DNA of 64,000 bases from Amoeboaphelidium protococcarum X5. Taxonomy: Eukaryota > Fungi > Aphelidiomycota. The DNA lies in the NCBI GenBank assembly GCA_023515725.1, contig JALDTO010000237.1, positions 417,573 through 481,572 on the forward strand. Direction: 5' to 3'. Under the pieces are notes generated by a model. That model saw nothing but the letters and a program-made list of their open reading frames with translations, was not told the origin of the DNA and did not search any database. This document shows positions 53,885-64,000 of this stretch, piece by piece (position 1 is the first letter of the stretch; each line of letters starts with the position of its first letter). Both the position numbers and the translations under genes were made by a program.

Positions 53885-54369
53885 GCAATTTGCTGCTTGT
53901 TGCCCCAGTAATTATCTTCATCGACCGCGATACGTTGCGCTAACTAGAGTATAAACAAGTGTTTATGCAAATCGGCCCACTCTTACTTGATGCACATGCA
54001 TGCATTTACGCGACACGTCATACTGTAGTACGTAGCTAGCTATAACCGTAATATTTGGAGAATTCCATACACCCACTGAGTTGACGCTTTGAACTGATCA
54101 TCTCCAACAATCAGCCTCATTAATCGCCGCAGATGGCTCTAAGAGGATCTCCGCGATTTCCTAATTATCATTTATATTAACATGCTTTTATCCTGTGGAT
54201 GAGCAACAGTTATTCTATAGCACAATCCCCCCCCCCCTGCAATGCTTATCAAATTTTGGAATTATATTATTCGTGCCCGTTGAACTTCTCGTTCGCCAAT
54301 TGTTGGAGTTTCTTTTACCTAAACAGTAGTTAAGCTAGCTATCGAAATTACAATACTGTATAGAGAGAG

Positions 54370-55716
54370 ATGGAGTCAAATAAAGATGAGGCTATAAAGT
54401 GCATTGATATAGCTAAAGGATATTATAAAGATGGCGATTTTGCTAGAGCGTTAAAATTTGCCAAGAAATCATAGTCTTTGTATCCCCCGTTGGATGAAGC
54501 AGACTCGGTGGTGCGACTATGTGAGTCAAAGTTGAAGTCTTAATCAAGAGATACTCTGAATGGCGATAACTCCTAGTAGCGAACAAATGGAGAATAGATT
54601 AGTAGTAATAGTAGCAATGAAGATTTAAACAATTAGAAGGATTAGGAGCGAACTTATACCGAGGAGCATGTCGCGGTGGTATAGCGGATCCTGTAGAGTA
54701 AGAATGACTATTACTAAATACTATAATTGGATAAGTCTTCATCCCAAGTGACAGAAGCTCAGATCAAGAAATCTTACCGCAAGATTGCCTTATAAGTCCA
54801 TCCTGATAAGAATGGTGCGCCAAATGCTTCGGAGGCGTTTAAATTAGTTGGCACTGCATTCCAAGTGCTGAGTAATGACGATAAACGGAGGATCTATGAT
54901 CAGTTTGGTGTTGATGGTTTAAAGCGCGGTGGTCCTTCGTAGTCTTCTCCTTTCAGTAGTAGTGCTGGTGCTTAATTCCCATTCGGAGCTGCGGGTGGTA
55001 CTCGCGGCAGGTATGCGCATTATGATTAGGATGAATACGTGCCAGAGATGAGCCCGGAAGATATCTTCAACATGTTCTTTGGTGGTATGACATCTTCCAT
55101 GGATAATCCTTTCATGTCATCTGGTGGATTTGGTGGTGCCGGTGTTACAATTGGTCTAGATGGTAGGCCGCGGATCATTCGATAGAGGCATCATCATCCA
55201 TTTGGAAATCATGGTGGTATGAACCGAGGTGGACGTAGGAGGGGAAGTAGTTAATCATCACTTGATGAAGAGCAACGGGCGAATGCTGCAGCTGCCTCCT
55301 GGTTTAGATACATTCAGTTTTTACCATTTATAATTGTCATTGTGGCCTAGATATTGAACGGTTTAATATCAACAATGTACTCTGCAGTTCTGTCTCCCTC
55401 TGGCTAATACGGTAGCGGTGGTGCTCCATCCTATTCGTTCCATCCCTCTTCTGCATACAATTACAAGCTGTTTACATAGTAGAGGAATGTGCCATACTAC
55501 GTTAATCCTTATAACTTCCCTCAGGCATGGATGCAAGCAAAGTAATAACCAACTGATGCTAATCGTAATACTAATAATGGCGGATCATCCGGCCAAGTGA
55601 TACAGTTTGAATAGCAAGTAGAAGAGTAATACATCAGTGCACTAGCTAAAGAGTGTAAGAAGGGGACTGGAGAATATCAGCGATATTGTCAGGAGCTTGA
55701 AAGGATATCCAGATGA
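54370..55716 (+). CDS. DNAJB12/14-like ER J-domain protein (missed by the ORF track)
   Basis: [46 protein letters not shown], a TM helix, and a DUF1977-like C-terminus. Confidence 0.9.
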
Positions 55717-55764
55717 AACTAAAGATGGTTTGAACTCATTAAAAGTATTATATAATCATAACTA

Positions 55765-56916
55765 TCATTCTACTCCATTTTGTGGTGGCATATAAGTTTC
55801 TCTAGGGATATACGGACACAGATCATCATTGATGGAATTGTGCATCCGATCACTTCCATTCAACAGAGCATCTTAGACTTACGATACGCCAAGAGCACTC
55901 ATCAAATCCTGCATAGATTAAGCGCGCTGTAATTTTAAGGGAAGTTCCCGCTGCTCTGCGGTCATTCGCTTTCGCTGCGGCATCATTGCATTAAGAACAA
56001 ACTTGGTATTCTGATATGCATTGTGGTACCTGACTGAATGTTGCAGGTATTCACGCGCCACTTCCACAACTGGTAATGGTCCCTCTCGCCTGAATAGAGA
56101 AGCATTAGATTGGGCGGCCCTGGCAATCATCACACCATCCACTCCATAATCTTCTCTGACACGCCTAATATCCTCCTGAGAGAAGACATCACCATTCGCA
56201 ATCACTGGAATATCCAGCGCTTCTTTAACGCGTCTAAACACCTCCTAATGAGCATCAGTCTCGTATCGCTCCGATGGCAATCTTGCATGAATGGCCAGTG
56301 CACATATTCCAGTATCTTGCAATCTACCCACCAGTTTAACAGTATCCTAGATCCGATCTAGTAAGTATGTGCTAAATTCTTTATGCTCGCCTTTAGCCTT
56401 CTATTACCCATGCGAAGGTGGCACAATTCTAATCTTACAAGTCACCGGCTTTGATTTACGACCATGCACTACATCTTCCACGAGAGCACTGAGGATGGAG
56501 CATAGATTATCTGGATTCTTTAACAAGGCACTACCCATACCGCCATGGATAGAGAAATGCTTTGGGCAACCGCAGTTGAGATCAATACCAGTGACATCAT
56601 CAATGACGATATTCGCGGCGCGCACAGCCAGATCTTTATCAGCGGTACCAAGCTAGAATATCAACTTACCCTACTCCACAGACTGATCGAGAGCGAATAC
56701 ACGTCGCCTCTTATCACGGTCAATGTACTCGATAATACCCAGCTCATCATTGACGACGCGTTCAAAATTCAGCACGGCTCGATCTATAAACTCTGGCGAG
56801 TATACCAAATCGGCTCCATAGTCTAAACACAATCGACGCATAGGAAGGGACCCAGTGCGCACCATCGGAGCCAATATCGCCGTATCTCTATACAGCGATG
56901 CATGATTTTTAGTCAT
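55765..56916 (-). CDS. DUS2: tRNA dihydrouridine(20) synthase Dus2/Smm1
   Basis: LAPMVRTGSLPMR, IDLNCGCPKHFSIHGGMGSALL, CKIR, VIANGD, GVMIARAA. Confidence 0.9.
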
Positions 56917-57132
56917 ATTTCAGTCCTTGTACTGTAAATATAAAGATTATTAAAAAAGGTAGATAGTATTATTGTGGGTAAACTTCCAAGTTTAACAGGG
57001 GATATCACTATAGATATCACGATCGATAAAATTTTCAAACAATTTTCAAAAATTTTCTTCAACTTTGATTACACAGAACTTATCGGAATATTAGTGTGTA
57101 TACCTCCATTCTATATAGCCAAATTAATCAAA

Positions 57133-58849
57133 ATGAATAGGGATTTTATAAAATAGCTGGTGGTATTATCCTGCGTTATATTCTCGGAGCCTCTATCGCT
57201 CACAATCTTGTATCCGTAAGTATCTTATTGCAGGAGTGTTTGATGACACTTGAATCGTTGGATATACGTGTGTAATCGCAATTTGTAGATTTATGGTGCC
57301 CATGATTAAAAGTTTCAATCTGAGTGAAGATGTGCGAGATGTTGGATTCTATGCTGGATTTATAGCTGCAGCGTTCCCGTTCGCTCAATTTCTCACCTCT
57401 ATATTCTGGGGCTAGTTGAGTAATAAGATAGGTCGGAAGCCTGTTATTCTATTCGGCCTGTTTGGTAATGTTCTGACATCGATCCTGTTTGGCGTGTCAA
57501 AGTCATTCACATGGGCGCTGGTATGTCGCTTTGCATGTGGATTCTTGAATGGGAATATCGGTGTGGCCAAGTGTGTCCTAGGTGAGATATCTGATGATAG
57601 TACGCAGACTATAGGATTTAGTATATTTGGTCTGCTGTTTGGTATTGGCTCACTCCTCGGCTCTGCCATTGGGGGTCTCCTGGCTGAACCTGCTACCAAG
57701 TATCCGCGCGTATTCGGCGGTAGTTCTCTCTTTGCCACCTATCCTTATCTATTCCCATGCTTAGTGTCTGCTACAGTGTCGCTAGTTGGATTCGTAATCG
57801 GTCTGGTGTATTTCAAAGAGTCGCTTCACAATAGAAGACGACAAGTACTTAATATCGCCGTTGGCTATGGTGATGATGAAGTGTTGATTAACCCGCGCAC
57901 ATCGCTCAGTATTGCTCAATCTCTAAATAGAATGGCCTAAGCTTCTAATTCAGTCAGAAGAGTTAATGCTTAGCAAGATAATGTTAGTGATACAGAGGCT
58001 GATTACTTATAAAGCGAATCATAACGGCTACTTGGTTATGAAGACAGTAAGGAAGTTACTGATGGGCTCTTCCACTCTGCAGTATCTAATGCTAATGAAG
58101 AAGATGATGAAGACGTTTTAATTCAATCTCAATTGTAACAGCAATAAGAAGTTAAATCTGGCGAATATAAATGGTGTTGTTCAGGTGCCAACTATGCTCC
58201 GGTAATGACCATCTTGGCTTATATATTGTTGGCGTTTATAACAATCATATTCCAGGAAGTTTATATACTATACTGCCAGACGGATGAGCAATATAATGGA
58301 CTTGGATGGTCCAGTAGTGAGGTTGGCATATCCATGGCCATGGCTGGTGTCTTGTTGCTATTATTCCAGATTTTTGTGTATCCTTGGGCTGAGGCTCGTC
58401 GTAGGAGAAGATTGCTGTTTAGAGACTCTCTACTGGTACAGTCTGTGGTCATATTTGTGACAGCCTTCCTTACAGATGCCAAGTAACATTCGCAATAGAA
58501 ATACGGAGGACAGTCTGGTAATATCATGCTATGGTCATTGACTGCTGTGCATCACATGGTTAGAGTTGCTGCTGGTAGCTTCTCTTTCACCACCATCATG
58601 GTTATGATTAACAACTCGGCGACTTTGGGCAGTCTTGGTCTAATCAATGGAATATCTCAGAGTTTGGCTAGTCTTGTTAGAGCAATTGGTCCCGTACTTG
58701 GTGGTATCATGTATCAGTACTCATTAAAGAGTGGCATGTCGTATCCATTGAATCATCATCTGGTGTTTGTCACATTATCCTTTTTGTCTATACTCGCATG
58801 GGTATAGTCTATGTTTATTCCACCATAAGCCGAGTAGAAACAGTATTGA
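57133..58849 (+). CDS. MFS transporter (ZIF-like/YCR023C-like); intron 57216-57288
   Basis: Motif A WGQLSNKIGRKPV, GFLNGNIGVAKC..GEI, GSAIGGLL, and RAIGP..GG. Confidence 0.88.
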
Positions 58850-58977
58850 TAGATTGAATATCAGTGGTGGATAAATGCACTTTATTAAAAGTGATAATAT
58901 ATATATAGTTGAGAATAGAGTTATCAATGATGTATACACTTTTATAAATACAAGACTATCTATCTAGTAGATGAGTA

Positions 58978-60771
58978 TCACCACCAACCGATCACTTTCC
59001 ACCAGGCAAGACCAATAGAGAAGTAGATGATAATATAAACAAAACTAACAGTCAAGCCAATACCAAACCATCTAAGTCTGCCTTTACAGTAGCCTTGTGA
59101 GAAGTAGATTACAATAGGGCCACTACTGAAATTAGTAAGACATCCACTCAGAGTGGAAAAGTAGGCGAGGAGTGCAGTAGTGAGGAACGGGCTACCTGGA
59201 TTCAACAACTTGCCAGCATTCATAAACGGCCCCACAAAAGCCAGAATGTGTCCAGTCAGAGATGAGAACATGTACATTGAGTAAAAGTATATCGTGGCAA
59301 GGATTATGGTGGCTGCAATAGGCGGAATATCAAATTGAGAAATCTGGCGACTAATTTATATTCCCAGCACATCAGATACTTTGGCCAGGGATAATTGATT
59401 CGCCATCATAATCAGAATACCCAACCAAAAGAGAGTATCCAGACTCTTGTAGTTCCTGATTACATCATCCCAAGAGATGACATTCATGAATAACATGACC
59501 ATGAGTCCAATGAACGCAACCAGAGTTGTATCTAGTCTATTATAATTCTTTGTAAGCCACAGAGTCAACATGGCCACGAGTATAAATATCAATTTCCACT
59601 CCCTAATAGACAGTGGACCAAGAGAGCCTAACTCTGAATTGATTTATGATCGAAGAGTCTGAAATTTATGAGCAGTGTCTTCCAATTCTTACTGTTCTGA
59701 TGTCTCATCATCCAATGGGAAATCTGTAATCACCTCTGAGCTCCTATTTCTAACTTGTTGAGACTGCGGCAAGCTAGAAGAGGCTGAGGAGGAAGTTGGC
59801 AATGCAATATAATCTTTATCTCCTAAAGCAACTCCAAATCTACTTTTTATCCTGTTAGACAATCGCCCAATAAGAATACCAAATTTATCCCCACTAGTTG
59901 ATTATATCGATTATCTTTATTATGATTAAATAAATTATGCAGATTTAAATGATAGCCTGTATAAGAGATATGGAACGATGAGAGCAGACAATAAACCAGG
60001 CACCAGACTACCACTAACCCACTGCAGATAGCCAAACTCAATATCGAATACTTGTCGTGCTTTCACACTTACTATGGGATTTGCAGCCATTCCAGTAGGA
60101 TATAATGAGGCACTAATCAAATTGGCATGAGCACCCACCAGTATCAAAAACTCTCCACCCTTGGACCTGCTCTCAATATCCGGGAATGAGCCCAGAGTGG
60201 TGGCTATCGAGTATACAATGGGAAGTACTATACCGCCACCTCGAGCAGTGTTACTAGGAACAAAGGGCGCCAGTATAAGTTCAGAGAGCATCACAGCATA
60301 GCCAAGACCGAGTACAGATGAACCGAGCACCTTCATCAATAGCAGTGATACACGCTTGCCCAGATTCGAGTACTCTACAGCTGTGCCAATGTGGAAGGCG
60401 CAAAATACCAACCAATTAACATCATTACTAAATCCTTATAACGCCGCCAGCAATTAAGACTCTGGAGCATCATGATGACAGATTTAAGGATTACACTGTG
60501 AACAATCCAGTAACATCGCGCCATCAGCACTCTGACATTGCAATGAATTGGTGAGAGCCAAAACACACAGCGAGAGACCGGTGACCATCGATATAGGATA
60601 ATCCACGATGATAAGAGCCACTATAGTTGATATAAATATTCCCATAAGACGCATGGCTGATTGAGTTAGACCATCCAAGGGTTCAATCAAACTAAACACC
60701 ACAGCAATCGCAACACAGAGCAACATTCCCACAACGTTGACACTAATCATACGCTTAATTCTACTCCACAT
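58978..60771 (-). CDS. DASS-family dicarboxylate transporter (YflS/plastid DiT-like)
   Basis: LGKRVSL, GLGYA, APFVPSNTARGGGI, TGMAANP, MFSSLTGH, and WWKVIGWW. All fragments are in one frame. Confidence 0.88.
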
Positions 60772-61259
60772 TGCTCTTTATTACTACTCAGTATACAGAC
60801 AGACAGCAATCTATCTAATTAAATATAAATAATTTCAGTTAATTTCTCAAACTTTATATTGATTATACTTTAAATCTATTTGCAACTACTGTAGGTGAAC
60901 TAAAATAAGGAAAGAAAATGATCGATCGCCGCAACTCTAAAAGGTCTCTTTTCCCCTTGGAATATAATAAGTGCGATACTTCAATATTTAGTGAACTACT
61001 ACTTTGTAGAATTCGCGTAACTGAAAGGATTATTATGAATTAGAGGATAAAAAAGATATTGAGAGATTATTCGTGGCTCATACGGGATGTGCGAAATCTG
61101 GTTGTATTTCCAATGCTGATTGGAGTATTTTTCGGTATTGGATCTTACATTGGTAATCGACTGATAGGACAGAAGTTGGTTTACAAAGTTTAATAATAAT
61201 AATAATGACCATCTCGTAAAGGATACTTTTATTATAAAATTTATACATTCATAATTATA

Positions 61260-62252
61260 TCATTGCTTTTGATATGCTTTCCGAATCTTTCGTAGTGCAT
61301 AGTTGAACGATTTAGTGGCACCAGCAGTTAGAACTCCCTTCACAGCCTGCGTCATTGCCGGCTCGCGACTTATTGAGATGATCCGTTTCCGCAGATAGTT
61401 GGCTAATTATGAATAATCATTGACAGGAGCTTTTCCTGCTTAAAGATTTTAAGGTAGAGACAATAACGCGTCTCTTATGACAGTATCGTCCTTGTCTACT
61501 CTCATCAATTGTTCGACATCTTGAGTGGATTAAGAAATCAGCGGACTCGATTTAATCGTCTCGCGGTATAGTTCGTTAAATTGCTAATACTAGTTGGATA
61601 CAATATTATGAATTTTCTTTGGATCTTCAGCTTTGAAATACATTCTAAAGTCTCCCATGTATGATAGCTAACAGATCTGTGTAAACAACTCCTATCTTGT
61701 AAACGCGGAATGAGGCATCATTAGCACAGCCACTGTGAGAGCACTAGATAAGTTTTACTTATACGCAGAGAGCAATTCTTAGCTGTTCGATTCGAATAGC
61801 ACCGGCTTCTACAGCCTACCCGCCACGTATAAAGTATCCCAATTCGTAAGATCACTCACCAATGTAGAAGTAGATATAACGCCATATTTTAGAGTCTCCT
61901 ATTCGAACGGTATTCCTGTGTTGTAATAGATACCACCTCCTATTTGATCAGTCAAAAATGACAATACACGCGGTGAAAGAGATCTAGCAATGGAAGAGTA
62001 ATGACTGGCATTCTTTTACAGATTGAGTTTATGGAAAATTTAGGTATCAGGGACAGCCACGATATAATCAATCATCTTCTTTTCTTCCGCATTGTTAATA
62101 GTCTGTTGATTATTAGACGCTTTTGATCTGCGTTCAGATTTAGATCTTGGAACTAGGCCACCATGTTGATTGAATACACCTGAGCCGTAGGCTATTATAG
62201 CATCAAATTGTGTTACTGGAAGACACTTTTAAATTAGTTACAATTTATTCAT
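61260..62252 (-). CDS. TAM41: Mitochondrial phosphatidate cytidylyltransferase Tam41 (missed by the ORF track)
   Basis: AYGSGVFNQ, MIDYI, GIYYN, LKYGVI, DLTNWDTLYVAGRLQKPV, LSYMGDFR..AEDPK. Confidence 0.92.
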
Positions 62253-62310
62253 CAGTTTTCTTATAACTTATAATAGAACTAAAGGCAGAAAAGAGATATA
62301 TTGAGTAAGT

Positions 62311-63000
62311 TCAATCTTTTAAAATCAGGGATGCCGCGTAATAATCCTCAGTTTGATCAAGCCATAGGATGCCTTCGGACAATAGACGCGCAAGAATCAA
62401 CTCTATCCGCGGCTCATCCCACTGCAGTGTCTTCTTTATAAGATTTTTATTCAACAGTCCATCGTTTTAAGACGCCAGATCTAAAACTTTGCGGTCGTCT
62501 TGCTGCATCTCACGCGGTACACTCTGCACAAAGTCTCGCCCACCAATCCGGATGATCTCAAAGCCATTACCGAACGGTTTCAGCGTCTTGATGGCGCGTC
62601 TCACGTCACCGCTGCTTACGTTCTCAACGTTCAGGTTGCCTAACAGAGTATCCATATCTGTGAGTCCGCCTTGACTGTGCAGGATACACTGCTCTATAAC
62701 TTTGACTGCGAGTTCATTATAAAAGTCTCCCAGAATGACATTGTACACGCTCTTACTGCTGTGTAGTGGATCAATTCCCACATTATTGCACATCTGATGA
62801 AACTGGTCCCTGAACACTGGATCTGACATGATCTCTTTCTTGTACTTGACGGCAAACTGTGACAGCTGGCTTTTAAGCATTTCCAAATCTCGCTTTATAT
62901 CTTCAATTTATATTTATTTTAACTCTGAGCCTTTCTCTTTGAGCTACTTCTAGTCCTGCTTCATTTTCTGCAGTCCAGCTATACCCACTCCTCTCCTCAT
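62311..63000 (-). CDS. SNF8: ESCRT-II subunit Vps22/Snf8
   Basis: MRRGVGIAG, FRDQFHQMC..GIDPL, GDFYNEL, AIKTLKPFGNGF, QSVPRE. Confidence 0.93.
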
Positions 63001-64000
63001 ATTAAGTGTCTGTGTTAATGATTTTAATAGCGGATAGAGGAGGCTAATTAAACGGCAGAGTTTGAGATCGCGTAAGAGAAAACTTCAACGGTAATTCCAT
63101 ATGAAACAAAGCACTGTCTTGCAGTATGGAGTTTTGACTTGATCATTTGGCACACCGTGTATTGCGTCCTCATTCATTGGAGCTATTATTGGTAAGGATT
63201 ATAAACATACTTAGAGATAGGCAAATATATCAAACTACTGTAGTTCCGCTTCCAAGACGTCCTGGTCAGTATCGCGCCTTAGATCGTAACTTTCCATCAA
63301 TCAAGTTGTTGTTTGATGTGATGACTTATAAAGATCACTAGCGATGATTAGTTATTTGAGCTCATAAAGTTCTCTCTCCTAAGTTTCTCATGACTTATGT
63401 ACAATAAAAGACGGAGTGCTGTATGGTATACAGCTTATATATGCTTGACTGAAAAAAAGATTAGGACGGAGGTTAACGTGTCGCCATTGATGTCATTTGC
63501 ATTATACTGTATCAGGCTCAAATTTGCCAAGCACGAATAGCCCACGTAACACTAATGGTTTGGTAACCCGCTCAAATTTGTAAAATTCTTTATATCAACT
63601 CAAATATGGATAATCAATCGTTGATGCGGTAATTTACAAGATTACAGAAACTGGCAGAGAGAGATACAGCACTAGAAGCTTGACGCGCAAGAACAGACAT
63701 TGTAGACACAAGAAAAACAGACTGTGAATCTTTGATAATGCGGCGCTAAGAGAAGAAAGTATCAAATTGAAAGAGAAAAATGACTCGTTGTAAAATCAAG
63801 TCTCTGGTAGCAATAGAAGAATTGCTCAAATAGCGGACGAGTATAAGGATCTCCGCAACAAACTGCGCGATTTCGCGCTTTGCTGTAAGTTCATCTGCTA
63901 CTGCATGTAAACTAGAGAAATTTGTGGTAAAAACTTAGTCTTTGTACAATTGACACTATTATAATTGTGTTCTTTTGCGTAGATAACCATCTTAAAAGAA

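Noticed and set aside
1-64000. Mass pseudogenisation, RIP or many introns as the cause of the fragmented ORFs
   Set aside because: The interruptions are almost only in-frame TAA/TAG at Gln positions, with frames preserved in essential genes.
63100-64000. Gene or coiled-coil remnants at the window end
   Set aside because: The frames examined are interrupted by TGA and no motif is recognisable.

Overview
Gene-dense, intron-poor eukaryotic (fungus-related) genomic DNA written in a non-standard code. TAA and TAG are read as Gln and TGA is the only stop, so the supplied standard-code ORF track breaks nearly every gene into fragments. The code plus the fungal/opisthokont gene set point to the aphelid Amoeboaphelidium protococcarum or a relative (inference). 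Re-translated by hand, the window holds about 28 protein genes (e.g. ABCB, ABCG, TMLH, TFIIB, CWC22, BMT2, RasGEF, DCAF7, PRP3, RIC1, JMJD6, NOG1, ABI, GPN2, DNAJB12, DUS2, TAM41, SNF8), one tRNA-Asn, and a frameshifted CRN/REase-like pseudogene. Two structures stand out. (1) A young 4.0-kb chromovirus-like LTR element with identical LTRs and a 5-bp TSD, whose single intact ORF is Gag-protease-integrase-chromodomain with no reverse transcriptase or RNase H. (2) Two near-identical ~4.3-kb inverted repeats of unidentified, decayed-looking sequence that bracket a 10-kb block of six genes, mostly housekeeping. All gene calls come from manual motif recognition; no database searches were run.
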